NCBI GenBank assembly: GCA_000320545.1
Contig: ADNK01000150.1
Coordinates: 104,770-168,769 of the forward strand
Length of the DNA stretch: 64,000 nt
Direction: 5' to 3'
Source: Bigelowiella natans CCMP2755
Taxonomy: Eukaryota > Protista > Cercozoa
This document shows positions 1 to 12,987 of the stretch, in pieces (the stretch's first letter is position 1; each line of letters begins with the position of its first letter). Under the pieces are notes generated by a model that saw only the letters and a list, made by a program, of their open reading frames with translations, was not told the DNA's origin and searched no databases. A program made the position numbers and the translations under genes.

Positions 1-1903
1 CCGCTTCTCAGCAGCCTCCTGGAGAGCAGCTGCCTTTTCCTTCTCCAGCTGTGCATGGGCCTCCCCCACCTTCTCGGCTCGTTCTCTGCTCGCTGCAGCT
101 TCAGCCTCCGCCTCAGTCCTTGCCTTTTCAGAGGTCTTTAGTTTTTCCTCAGCCGTGTGAAGCTTGGCTTCTGCCTCGGCCCTTGCTTTTTCTACGGTCT
201 CTAGCCTCTTCTTAGCCGTGTGAAGCTTGTCTTGTGCCTTGATTCTTGCTTTTTCCGAGGCCAATAGGTTAGTTGCAGCCGTCTGTAGCTTGGCCTCCGC
301 CTCGACCCGTGCCTCCTTGAATGCCTTTAAGCTCTCCTCGGCATCCACTCGCGCCTTTTCAGAGGTCTTAAGGTCGTTCTCGGCGCTGACACGGCCTTCC
401 TCAGCGGCCGCCGCGTTGCTCTGAAGCTGCTCCACCGTGGCTTTCGTCTCCTTCATCAGGGCCTTCATCTAGTATTCGTTGTTGCGGTTTTGGGCGGCAA
501 ATAAGTCGTTACAACACTCGCATAAAAGATGCAAGCGGCGCTTCGAATAATCCAAAGTTGTGTTTGAACGTTGGTCGGTGGGACTGGCGGGGTTATTTCC
601 ACCATCTCAGCCCCACAGACTGACGAGTTGAGAGGTTGGGTAGTACTCCGACAATAATGTCAAAACACATTCAAGAATTGCTCGCCATTTTTTTTACTAT
701 AATTTTGGACAGCAGGCAAATCATGCCAGAATATACTACCTTTGCTTCAGCTGCCTCTCTTTCCTTCTGTTTCTTTAGAGTACGCAAGAGCAACTCCTAC
801 CATTTGTCACCAACGAGCAGACAGCGTTCGGATAATTATGGTGAATCGAGTGGTCAGAATGATGTAAGAGCTAAATGCGAAACAACCAAAACCCTTCTCC
901 CCCTCTTCCATATCTCTACTCGCAACATCTATCTATTGGCTAGTGAGCGCACATCGTCATCATCGTCGTCACCATCATCACCATCATCATCATCATCATC
1001 GTAATAGCGGCTCAGGGGGTGTCACTATACTGCTCGTCCTTGGTTCGTTACCTTGTACTTAATCAGAGATTTGCTCAGAGTGGAGGCTGCGATCATCGAG
1101 AAAAGAGGAGCAATGCGTCAATTGCATAGTACCAATGGGATGATAAAAACCAACATGTGATTGTACTTGGGTAACCTTCCTCCTTTTGTTTGCCATTCTC
1201 ACTGACGAGACGCTCTATCTCTTCATTTTGCTTCGCCGTTTGCTGCTCAAGCTCCCGGATCCTCTCCTGTGCCTGCTGCCGCTGCTGCTGCTGCTGTGTG
1301 CACCATCCACACCACCCACACCGCCATATCCCACGAAGAAGCAGGCGAATAGATATGATGTTAGAGGAGTTCGTTATAGTTTCGGATTATGGGGGAATGT
1401 ATAATTGTTGTTGGTAAACTTTAGTTTCGCCCTCTTCCTCTCCCCCTCCCCGTGTTGCGATACCCACAAACCAAGTGGCGTTTAGATCTCAAAGAGGAAG
1501 GGAGAAAATGATTTTTTTGGTGAAGGTGCTGCGCTACCTCCCCCGATGACGATTCCCCATTCGTTGTCGTCGGTGCTGAGCTCTGCGACATATCCTGCAC
1601 ATGGGGGACAACAACCGATAGGAATAACCATAATAATAATAATTATAATGATAGAAGAAGAAGAAGAAGAAGAAGAAGAAGAAGAAGAAGAAGAAGGGGA
1701 AGAAGAAGAAGAAGAAGAAGGGGAAGTTGGATGAGGAGATTGGAAAATAAGAAGTTGAGTAAGTAGCGGGAGTAGGAGTATCATTACAGTGATGGAGCTG
1801 CTGCTGCTGCTGCTGGTGGTTATAGGACGTACCTCGATTCTTGACTCAAGGCGAGATATCATCTCCTCGCTCTAAGCAACAACCAAACCATCATCAACAT
1901 CTC

Positions 1904-1943
<40 letters not shown>

Positions 1944-3015
1944 TTCTCTCTCTCCCCCCCACTCTCTCTATCACTAAAACCGTGGCCATCATGCACCTGC
2001 TTAAGCTTATCTTGGAGTTTGGCTTCATTCGCCTTGTGGTTGGACGTCATTTCTTGGGCCTAACAGTAACGACAGATCATAACGATAATGACGCCTTTGG
2101 AAAGTCTATTCGACAGGATGGAAAGGCACTCATGCATGGTGTTTGGGTATGCGTCGTTGAGTGGATCCACTCTTCTTCTTCTTCTTCTTCTTCTTCTTCT
2201 TCTTCCTTGGGACAACAAACCTGCTGTAGTTGAGCTTTCAGGCCCTCGATTATCTCAGGAGAAGGTGCAAGTTTCTTCGCGGTGATACAGCAGCAGCAGC
2301 AGTAGTAGTGTAGAAGGAATAGTAGTAGAGTGAGAATAGCGAGTCATGCTAACACGCCACATACTGAAAAAAGTGGAGAATCAAACATCTCTCCTCCCAC
2401 CTCTCAAGACCCCTAACCCACTTTTGAAGAATAAAACCGATGAGCCGCATAGCATCTCTGCTGCATCGTCATTTCTTGATACCTCTGAGGGTGGTCCCGA
2501 CTCGTTTTTACTTTGTTGACTGTATTATACGGGGATCGATAGTTTGTGCGACAAAGACTTGCATATGAAAGCCTCTACACTCATTGATTTGAACCCCCCC
2601 CCCCCCCCCGTATAGACACAAACGCACGTATATGCATACTCGATTCATATTTCTCTCTAAATAATTAAGTCGTATACATTAGGATATGAAATCAGATCGG
2701 CACTGTCAGGTTTGATGCCAGTTCCAACTGTTTGTGTTGTTTTTTTCTACTGTTAATTTGAGTCATTCCTAACCTTCCCGTTGGAGATTTGCTAGCTTTT
2801 TTCTAAGCGCATTTAAAAGAAGCATTTTCTATCGGATACAATGACAAGGACTGTTTATCATCATTGACTGTATTAACCTGTTTCACTTTGGCCTTGAGTG
2901 ATTTGTTGACTGCTAAGATCTTTTGACACTGCTTTGCCATCTCTATTAAAGATATCAATGCAGCGAAAAGAAGGGGCTCAGTGTGTACGTGTGCGTGGGT
3001 GCGTGCTTGCAGTGT

Positions 3016-3054
<39 letters not shown>

Positions 3055-3488
3055 CATCGTCGACACATATTCCAATGGGAAGTTGATCAAGCGAACAAAT
3101 TCCTCATTATAAGACATCGACCTTGTAGATTCTTATCTTTTCGCTTCATCTTGAGTCTCTGCTTCAGAACGAGGTCTATAAGCTCAGAAGCCTGAAGCCC
3201 TGTCAACGTGGCCTTTAGGGCCTGCAGCTTTTCCTCCTGCAAGTTTTAATGGCATTCACTTCTGCTCAGCTCATCCGGAACAACGAAACTTGTATGTTTA
3301 CACACAACCCCCACCCTTTGATATCCACCGCTGTGAATCCAATATGGAAAATAAAGGCGCGCCCAGAAGAAAAATTGGTTGAATTGTGTGGAAACTCGTT
3401 CCCAAAATAGACTATTCATCCCCTTGCTCTGCAACGGAGCAAAATAAATTACCTCCCCCTTCGGAGACTCTACGGAGGCCGCGCTCAT
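1..3488 (-). CDS. Multi-exon long coiled-coil protein (3' end outside window)
   Basis: ATG at 3488 (MSAASVESPKGE|GT). Further GT-AG exons read EEKLQALKATLTGLQASELIDLVLKQRLKMKRK, ERIRELEQQTAKQNEEIERLV and ELLLRTLKKQKEREAAEAK. Exon 468..1 is a heptad-rich repeat (SEKARVDAEE/SEKARIKAQD/VEKARAEAEA). No catalytic motif. Confidence 0.7.
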
Positions 3489-4225
3489 GATGGCGCTGGA
3501 GGAGGGGGCGGAACCAGCTCAGCGGCCAAGAGCTCGGTTCGTACAGCACAGCAGAAGCCGAAGGCGACGAAATCAGGTTTTAAACCATGCAGGACCGTGG
3601 TTCGAGTGGAGCCGCTGAACGATTCTGATCCTTTTAACATTGAGCGACAACCGATAATTATCTTTTTCACAAATTTCCCCCGGCATTCACACTATGTCAG
3701 GAATTAAGAGAGTGTCCAGCCTCATGCCCAGCCGCGATGAACATGAAATTCGAGTAATCGATGTGATTCCTCTCCTAATGTAACGGCAATAGCGATATAT
3801 TCCCATGAAAACACCGTCAGATGACTTACTGCTGGTGACGCGAAGTAGGATCGAGATCACGTCATCTGTGTGCTCAAACAGCTCGGCAAAATGTTCTGGG
3901 TTAGTTGGCGGCTAAGAGCAGGGTAGTGGCCAGACCGATGAGTGCTCGGTTGTTTTAAGGGCATATTTTGGTCTAAAATGGAGGGAATGCCACTTTTTGC
4001 ATGTTTTTGGGTTGGTTGCGTGCAGATAGAGAGCAGGGCTCCCGTAATCATCACATCGCAAACAAAGGAACCAACCCCACCCGCTACCCAGCAGCTCCTT
4101 CCTCCCACCTTACTTGCTGCCCACCATTTAGCAAAGTGAGAACTCGGGTCAGACTACTGCAGAGTCCGGGTTAGTGCGGGAAAACTCCTCCGAAAAGCCC
4201 ACGCATCGCGTATGTGCTGACGCGG

Positions 4226-5065
4226 ATGCTCGAAGGGCTTGATAGCAGCTTCGAAGAGCTCGAACTCGGCGTGGAGGTGACTGCGAAGGAGGTGCCGGAA
4301 CTTCGAAAAAAGCTTCGTCAGGCCGCGGAAGACGTGAAAAAAATCGCTTATTTGACCAAGAAGAAACGCCATGCGGTACTGAAGGAGAAGTTAGATCAGG
4401 AGCGCGAGACTCTCGACACTGCGGACCGAGAAGGGGCCCAGTTGTTACTGGAGAAATACAACCGGCTGTGGAAGGAGGAGGAAAACATGATTGACAAACA
4501 GGCGGATCGAGAGCTCATGGTTCGTTCTGCCCCGTGTTATAAAGCTCTTGATGTAATCAATACGTCCCTTCTTCGGAAGGATCGCAAGTCATTGCAGAAA
4601 CAGCTCCAGCAGCGCAACCGGAACCTCAAGGAAACAGAACGCCAAGCCAAGGCCATGGAAAGCGAGCTCAAAACGATAAATGCTAAGTTTGAGAAATTTA
4701 AATTCGAAGCTCAGGAGAAGTATAATAAGCTCAAGCGTCAAGCTTCCAAAAAAATAACTGAGCTCAACGAGGAGCTAATTCGAACGAAAGCGCAGCTTGA
4801 AGTTTACAAAAGCCAAGCCTCGGTTGTAGCTCCAAAACATGTTATATCTGCGAACACAATCGCATCCTTGGAGAGAAATCTATGTCCTTTCTTCGTTCAG
4901 GGGAAATGTAAATTTGGAGCCAAATGTCACCATGTGCACGATACACGGTTCCACGCAAGAAAACAGGAAGACGATTTTGGAGAAAGCAAGATGGATGCTC
5001 AGATGGCCCAGATGGGCCTCCAGGAGACAACAGACGATGATGATTATATTTGGCAATGGCGATAG
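4226..5065 (+). CDS. Intronless coiled-coil protein with C-terminal CCCH zinc finger
   Basis: ORF 4214..5065 (first ATG 4226); CPFFVQGKCKFGAKCHHVH = C-x7-C-x5-C-x3-H, preceded by an E/K/Q-rich coiled coil. Confidence 0.8.
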   Translation: MLEGLDSSFEELELGVEVTAKEVPELRKKLRQAAEDVKKIAYLTKKKRHAVLKEKLDQERETLDTADREGAQLLLEKYNRLWKEEENMIDKQADRELMVRSAPCYKALDVINTSLLRKDRKSLQKQLQQRNRNLKETERQAKAMESELKTINAKFEKFKFEAQEKYNKLKRQASKKITELNEELIRTKAQLEVYKSQASVVAPKHVISANTIASLERNLCPFFVQGKCKFGAKCHHVHDTRFHARKQEDDFGESKMDAQMAQMGLQETTDDDDYIWQWR

Positions 5066-5775
5066 TGTTCGTATATGACTACTAGCTAGAGCGGGAAAAC
5101 ACACAAAATTGCGGGATATATTTAATATAGTCTGCAAAATTGATTGAATGAGCTAAGGCGCATATAGTACTGTGGGTAGGTAGATTAAAAAAAAACAGCA
5201 TCCATTTTTGGGAACTTTCAGTATGTTGTTCGTACATCGGAGCGCATAGATCTGAGGCAATTCTGAAAAGATAAAATGAAGCGGTCTGTATCGTAGATTA
5301 AGTTTTCCCCCAGCATGCTTAATGCATGTATACCCAAGATGCTGATTGTGTACCACGTGTACCTTAATTGTTGAATTCATGACCTACATGTAATGTAAAT
5401 ATGTTTATGCACATATCTAGATTGTAACAAGATATGTGTAGGTACGGCGCATACATGGCATAGCTCTTCTTAGTCATTGCGTCGAACAATGTTTCAGTGC
5501 GCCCACTACATTTTGCGCCTGATGCGTCCATGAGGCATGCACATGTATTTACATGTGCATGCATTGATGTTGAATCGATAGCATGTCTAGGCGTCCGTTT
5601 CATACTTGCATTTAGTAACAATGCGCACAACGCTAGATCGAACGTGTCAATCTTACGACAACATTTGCGACACCATAGATGTGCTTTCCCATGCATGAAA
5701 CGCATGTGAATGTGTTGCAGAAAACAACAAGACAAACACAGTTCAAGCGCTGTAGCTCTTGACGTTGCATCATGA

Positions 5776-6060
5776 CAGCTACATTGGGATGAGCGTTGTT
5801 GAATGAACAAAGATCTAATCATTTATTTCGTCATGTCCGTCTCGTGATGTCGATCGTCTACATGGCTTCATAGATGGCTATGCTCGCATGTGCACACAAC
5901 GCCTAACGTGCAATCGCGAGGTGTGAGGTGCTTAGGCTTTTGTACGTTTGCAAACCCGCAAACAAACTCAACTTAAGCGCTGTAGCATTGCAAAGCTACA
6001 TTAGGATGACGCTTGAAAAAAATGAACACATTCATCGCTTCAGTGCATTCGTCTCACATG
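5776..6060 (+). repeat. Two diverged copies of a short dispersed repeat (core CTACATTAGGATGAC...CATCCGTCTCA)
   Basis: Copies at ~5776-5845 and ~5993-6060; the same motif recurs at 48501-48562 and 48601-48661 (minus) and 62601-62660. Confidence 0.65.
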
Positions 6061-6797
6061 CATCCGCTGGGGACCCTCCATCTTTAAGATCAGGGTGTTC
6101 ATTAAACACAGAAGAAGACGTGCATTTTCATCTTTTTTGAGTGCATCACCATGCGAGTCATACATGACTGTTTGAAATGAATTGGAAATCCAGAAATGAC
6201 GTCATCTTCGAGCTCACATGTTCATGTAGGTTCTGAAATCACGGATGGTACATGATTACATTCTTGTAGGCTTCGTAAAAATGCAGCGGTAGAAAAAAAA
6301 TGAGCAACCTGTCAGAGGAGGAGGAGGAGGATCATCATTTTCAATTCTGATCTGCACATGTCAGCAAACAAACACGCCCTCCCACCGCTTTCTTCTCACC
6401 CCCCATGCCCAAATGACCACATTCAGGGCTCCTTTGCCGCGTTCATCCTTCATTGTCGCACTGCAATCGTGCATGCACATGAAAAAATGACAAGCGCAAA
6501 CATTGAACATTGAACATTGAACATTGAAAACAGAACAAAGCATTGATCAAAACCACATGCGCCAGAACCACATGGGAGACAGGCATGTGCACGCAGCAGA
6601 GCCTCAACAAACATCATTGCAAGGACTTGTCATCACCCTGTTGAAGGTGAGTGAAGGCTGACAGCCATCGTGTTGTCAGGAGCAATCAGAAAGTGTCCAA
6701 CTTCTGACGACTCAGCGTCATGAAAAAACCAAGAAAAAACATTGGTGCTCCATTAGCGGCCATTGCTAGATTGCGGTGTGACCTGAGTGTTGTTTAA

Positions 6798-6853
6798 CTG
6801 CGACATGACGTATTGTTCCTGCGACATGACGTATTGTTCCTGCGACATGACGA
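6798..6853. repeat. 21-bp tandem repeat (CTGCGACATGACGTATTGTTC x ~2.6)
   Basis: Directly visible upstream of the GT2 gene. Confidence 0.85.
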
Positions 6854-6972
6854 ATGGGTTGTCGCACGCCTGTGTTTATTCGCCGAGTTTGAAGCACATC
6901 TGTGCTGCCGCTGGCTACGTACAACGACCTGGAAAAATCCACAACGTCGTCCCCTGCCCAGTTCGGGGAGGT

Positions 6973-7665
6973 ATGAGGAACACGATGTGGCAAGCGTGGG
7001 TACCACTCACCTTCCTAACGATTTCGGCCGTCATCGATGTGAGCGTCAATACGGCTCACTTTTTGCGGCCATCCGAACTGAAGCCAGGGAGGAAATTTGA
7101 TGTAGGCAGGGACACTGCAGATATAGTCGTGCTAAGCTGGATCCGGGCGATAGTGTGCTTTACGACCTTGCTTACCGTGCTCTTCATGCCGAAGAAACTG
7201 CCACTCTCCCAGTGGATCAGTTCTGGGACCTTGTTGGTCATCCTCGTGTACCTAGCAATCAAAGCGGCAAACTTCGATGACGTCGCTGATCAGGGAGGCC
7301 TGTTCGAGACGTCGTTCGTATTTGCCTTCGTTGAGCTCCTGTCAGTCCTGTGTCTGGTTAAACTGTATAGATTCCCTAGTGGAACGAAGGGCAGCTGGGG
7401 CATGTCAGCTTCAAGTCTTGGAAGAGTAAGCGGGGGACAACATGACGAGGAATTCATAGACGCAGAACCGGACACCGGGGGGTTTGGAAATCCTTACCTC
7501 AGGTACACGATCCTATACGCTGGACTAATTCTCGTGATTTCTACTATGCCAATCTGGATGGCAGCTATCATTCCGGGCACCATCCACGTCCTCAACATCG
7601 CCTTCCTGGCGTTCTTCAGCATCATGTGGATATGGATCGCATGCAACGCGGTCCACAACTTCCGC

Positions 7666-7712
<47 letters not shown>

Positions 7713-9429
7713 CATATATAATGTTCTCTAAATATGAATAACATGATAAAATGATATCATTTATACTATATATTATTCGAATCGACATTAACTGCTTGCC
7801 TTGATGGACAGATCGGGTATCGACCCGTGACAAAGCTTGGCGCGCTCAGGACTATCAGGAAAAGGGTTTTTCGGCACGCCGTAATCATTCCTATTTACAC
7901 TGAGGAGCTCAGCCTCTTGTACGAATGCATTGGATCCCTGGTTGGTCCGATGAATAAGATTTATAATAATGGTGGCGATGGTGATGATGAATAATAACGA
8001 AGAATGATAATGGTTTCAACACGATCACCATGGTGATGCAAAATTCTCTTATAAAGTGCGGTGTCCCATCCCTTTTTCCAATGTGGTATTCCTTAATCAC
8101 CTTCCAATAATTTTCCGTAACTCTAGCCCCTTTGATCACTTGATACACCAGGTGCTGCAAGGGGAGGAGATGAGGCAGCGGATGGTTGTCGTAGTGAGCT
8201 TCGAGAGCAAGACACCTCAGGTAGCAGAGAAGATGCGGAAAGTCACCAAGCGTTACGGAAAGTTGTTCGGCAAACTCCTCGTAGTCAAGCACACGCTCAT
8301 TGCTAGCAGAGAGATTCCGGGTGCATGCTCCAATAAAAATTATGGGCTTCGCGCTGCCCATGCCTATCTGCAACGAAAATTTGGCAAGAATCGTGAGAAA
8401 AGCTTCATGATTCACAATTTCGACGACACGGGGGACCGAGGTAGTTCTACTGCTCTGCAAGAATTTAACCCCGGCCAAGGATGGAAGGAAGAAGCGCACG
8501 GCGAGGAAAAAAAGGGAAACGCTGCTGCTTCTATTTCCTCGATGGCGTTCACTTGCACCACTACAGACACCGACAGCATGTTTCATCCAGAATACTTTCT
8601 CACGCTTGAGGCCGTATACAACGCTAAGAATCCTCGTCTTGACGCAGATCCAAAGATGGTGGCGTGGCAGCCTCCGCTTTTCTATAACTGGGATCTGGAC
8701 AAACGGCCGTTTTTCGTTCGTGTGACTGGAATCATTCGCGCAATGATGATGCTGGGAGGCCTCATATCGTTTGATTTGAACCCAATGTCCACCTTTTCTT
8801 ACCCTTTGGAGCTGGGGGCGCGAACAGGGTGATATTCGGGAAACAGGGGATGTGGATGGTGGTGGATGTTGCTTTTGTGGCTGTTCCTTGTCATTGTACT
8901 TTATATTATTAGCGAAAGCAAGATACGTCATATTGCTCAGTGTGTTTTTTATCATTATTTCTACTCGATATGTTGTATGTTCAGTGTGGTTTTTACTATG
9001 ATTCCTGCCATTATCCTGAATTAACAGCATCATCCCTTGCCCGCAGAACTTTCATCACTAAGATGCCGCTGCCATGATAACACACAAACACGATCAGATA
9101 TCTTAACCCCCGGTATGGAGTGGATGATATCATCGCAAAGGTGATGCTCACAATAACGTGGATTCCTCTATTTTCTCTTCCTTCGACCTGATCCCTCACA
9201 TATTGGATTTTTCAAGCCATAGCAGCGACATACTTCGTTGTTAGTCTTGCCGTGATTCATATGAGGATGCTTTGCATGCATGTAGGTGAGGTGGATGTGC
9301 GGCACAGGCGAATCGGTGAGGATGAGCAGCAAATATAGATAAGAACTTTTCATTGAATCCATCGCTGTATCATACCGTTGATAGCATTCACAAAACAGTA
9401 GTCCTCTTCAAATTATCACCATCACTTGA

Positions 9430-9466
<37 letters not shown>

Positions 9467-9836
9467 GTGATAGTAGCATTAATCATCTATCAAATAGGTT
9501 CCTGTCGAACTGCTACCAATCCCAAACATATCCGGTCCGACAAGCGGCAGTAACCTCTCAGAGGAATTGCATGAGTGGTCGCGTCAAGTCCGCAGGTGCC
9601 GGCTCCTCTACTTTTCCATCCTCAACATTGGGAAGCGCACCTGAACATTTACCTTCTTTTCTTATCTGTTTCGATTGATTATGACAAGGTGGATCGTGGG
9701 TGCATCGGAGTCGTTTCACTACTTCCTCATTCACTTCAAGGGGGACCCATTGTTCGCGGGCCTCCGCTGGCTTTTCCTCTTTTTCACCTACTACGGGGTA
9801 TTACCATCTCCTGTGCCCCCTTGACATATTCGACGT

Positions 9837-9877
<41 letters not shown>

Positions 9878-10625
9878 ACTCTCATCCTTGTACTAAATAT
9901 ATTGAAGAGTCCCCACGCTCATACACAATCGTCGTTGTCGTTGTCATCGTCGCCCTCTTCACCTACAGGTATTGCTCTGCAGTGCTGCAGTGTTCCAAAT
10001 CCTAGCGTCCGTGCCCCTTCCATGGGTGGATTATCCAGCCGTGCACTACCACTCGGGTGGGAAGACTAGAGACTTCAATCTACGCTACCTTGGCCTAATG
10101 GCCCTGACAGTGCAATACATCGTGTTCGCCGTCGCATTCGTGATTGACCATTATGCAGTGCGGATGATGCGAATCAGGGAGTCGATCCACCCTCTTCGGA
10201 ATCTGGCGCACTGGTTGCTGGCGCCGTGGGTGTTGATGGCATACTCTATCGTGGCCTTCACCTCCATTCTCAAATTCGTGTGCGTGGGAAAGAAGCTCGC
10301 CCGGCACGACATGGCGGAGAAAACCGGTCTTCTAGCTGAGAAGCTGCTGCCCACAAACGAGGGGAAATTGAGTGATATTCAGGATGGGGATAATGATCGA
10401 AAGATGAGTGAGAAGATGGACAATCATCCCGCAATCACTGAGGGAAGCAAAGGCGTTGACGCTGGTGGTGATGATAGTTACAAATATAGAACACTCGACG
10501 ATAAGGCAGCTGGTCGAGTGCACGATGAGGAGTTAGGGGAGTATGCTGCTAACGATGGTGATTCTGGTAGTATGCGAGTACGTTTCGGTGGATACTACGA
10601 GCGGGTAGCCTTTTCATGGATGTAA
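6973..10625 (+). CDS. Processive family-2 glycosyltransferase, polytopic membrane protein (about 8 exons)
   Basis: Spliced exons give HAVIIPIYTE (7812-7940), EIPGACSN, TTTDTDS (DxD), WQPPLFYN, YGVDDIIAK and SRQVRR|WIVG (QxxRW across the intron at ~9597-9688), followed by TM helices in 9972..10625. Start could be ATG 6973 or 6985. Confidence 0.85.
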
Positions 10626-11360
10626 AAAATGAATCATAGGTTGTTTTATGCAAGAATCAAGTGCTGTTTAACTATGCTTTGATGGTGAACACAATCGATC
10701 AACGAATGATGAAGTCGTACGTGGCACATCGGTACTAGGCAACACAGTGGCACAAATGATCATTTAGATTTTCACTTGTAGAGGTCAACATGCTCAACAA
10801 AATCGTCAAGTCGTATTCTTACACACATGCATGACTTGATCAGATGAGCAGATCAATGATGAAGTCTACAAATCATGCAGACTAAACAACGCCTACACCA
10901 CTAGCTAGCTAGCTAGCTAGACCAGTACGAGCAAGAAGACTTGAACAGCTCAAAGGGCATGCCATGCCCACCTAGCTAGCTATCTAGCTATGTGTGCGCA
11001 TGGATACACACTGCTAGACTGTCGACCGGGACAGCCGACGGCAAAGAAAGCTAGCAACTTCTTGTAATGTCGTACGAATGTGCGTGACACCACGATTGAA
11101 GTGCATGCATGTCTTGCAATTAAATGAATTCACATCAATCCTTACGTAGCGTATTATAAGCAGATCTAGCGATGTGTGCCCTGCAATGAGCCACACAATA
11201 GAAATATATATGACATGAACGTTGTGCCTATATGCCTATATACATCTTAGCTTGGGCTACTCTACTAGTCTAGCACTGATCTGGTGGATAAATCGTCAAT
11301 ATCATTGAATCCAAATGCTGCATGATTAATTGTTTCGAATTTTAGCTACAATATGTGACT

Positions 11361-12632
11361 CTATTGTTTCATATGCTTTTCCAAGAATGCATAGGAGGAA
11401 TCCATTGCTTTCGTGACACATGTCAATATTTCCTTGTCGGAAACATCGCCTTGAGACACAAAACCATGGTTCATAGATGGAAATGGAATATACTCAGACC
11501 CAAGGGAATTCTTTTTCATAATCTCGTGAGAAGCTCCGTTTTCTTGAAGGGACGCATGATCTCCTTTACATGGGGCCATAAGCATAGGATTAAGTAGCTT
11601 CTCAGCAAGATCTTCAATTTTTCTTCCCTGGAGAATCTCAATATTCACGCTCGGATGGAAGTTTACGCCACAAGAAAATTTTTTATTATTACGGGCAGAT
11701 TCGTGCCAAATTGCCCAGGTGCCCCAGCAGAAACCAACCATTCCGATTTTAGCTGCAGGGTATTTTTCGAGGTGCGACCAAACAGCATCCATATCTGGCT
11801 GCCATTTCTCAGGAGTCCAATACTTGAGGAACTCCATTTTTTTTTCTGGTTCCTTCGGGAAATAGCTTCCATGGAAGAAATCGGGCATGATTACATAGTA
11901 TCCCTTTCCTGCAAGTTCATCGCATACTCCCTTGTGCCTTCCAGATTGAAACCCGAACACATCCGGTACAACGATCACAGCTCCTTTCTCACCTGTGCCT
12001 ACATCGTAATAGTTCAGCTTTCCCAACTTTCCTTCTTTCCCCTTGGCTTTGTAGTCGCTCGGTGGCAAAAGTGCACACCGATTCGGAGGGCAGCAGCTTG
12101 GGGTTGTGACTACATGAATGTTTTGGCGGAGAATCTTGAAGTCCGGAGTAAAGAAGAAGGAGTCGGTCACTAGGAAAATTCAAATTAGTTAGGATACATA
12201 AATTCCTTTTTCATTTCACCATATCCACGGCAGTATTAACGGCAATATTAGCAACACAGCCAAATAACCTGCTTCATAGCCCATCCCCTTGCAGCTCCAA
12301 CAAAGGAAGACCATACGGCTCTTCTCGTCAACATCGTTGACAGGCGCTTTCAGAGTAGAATAATCCTTCAACACACCCCAGAGCTGAGTTGGGTAAACAT
12401 CACAACGTTATGTTCGTATGTTTTCCCGCGGGCGCATAATGACCTCTTCGAAGAATTTCTTTGCGCCTTCGGCACCTTTAAAGACTTCCTTATTTTGAGT
12501 TGTTGCGTTAAAGACCGAGATGACTGATTCGTCGGTGTAGTCAAGAAGGATCTTCTCCATAGATTTCGCTCCGAATGCCCCGAAGTGGTTGTCCCAGGCT
12601 TCTTGAACGGATTTGGGAGCATACCTGGCCAT
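11361..12632 (-). CDS. SnoaL/NTF2-like domain fused to dienelactone hydrolase (3 exons)
   Basis: Exons 12632-12444, 12383-12269 and 12169-11361 splice in frame. N-terminus AWDNHFGAFGAKSMEKILLDYTDESVI is SnoaL-like. C-terminus has PDVFG, GFCWG (Cys nucleophile), KGDH and MNHGF (DLH triad). Confidence 0.85.
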
Positions 12633-12987
12633 GACGATGGATGCGTGCGTGTCTCCTCGAGATATGTACGTGGATGGAGATACCTGAGACGGATACCCTT
12701 TTTCGGGCATCAGCGGAGACTTTCATGGATTTATGCATGAAGATGCATGTCGCATATGACCCATCCCCATGCATTTTATCAGCTCATGACTCGTTGTCTA
12801 ATTCTTGAGAAAAACGAGCTTCACATTGATGTCGCATCTCTGAAACTTCCTACAAACCAGAGTTTACACAAATTTGGAGGGAAACTGTACCTCCCCCCCG
12901 AGATTGGAGCTCAGTGCAAAAGTGTCCCTGACGAGATAGGCTATATATTTTCGCAAAGAACCCGATCACGAAAATAAATTTTATCAC

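Noticed and set aside
1482-2285. Poly-S/E/L/C/H ORFs here and across 25000-27600, 36300-38000 and 52600-64000
   Set aside because: Translations of intronic microsatellites.
5364-5822. Cys/His/Met-rich ORFs in spacers (also 23996, 41180, 55262, 55419)
   Set aside because: A by-product of TpA loss, which removes TAA/TAG stops and enriches CAY/TGY/ATG codons.
7909-9033. 374-aa minus-strand ORF
   Set aside because: Antisense shadow of GT2 exon 3; no motifs.
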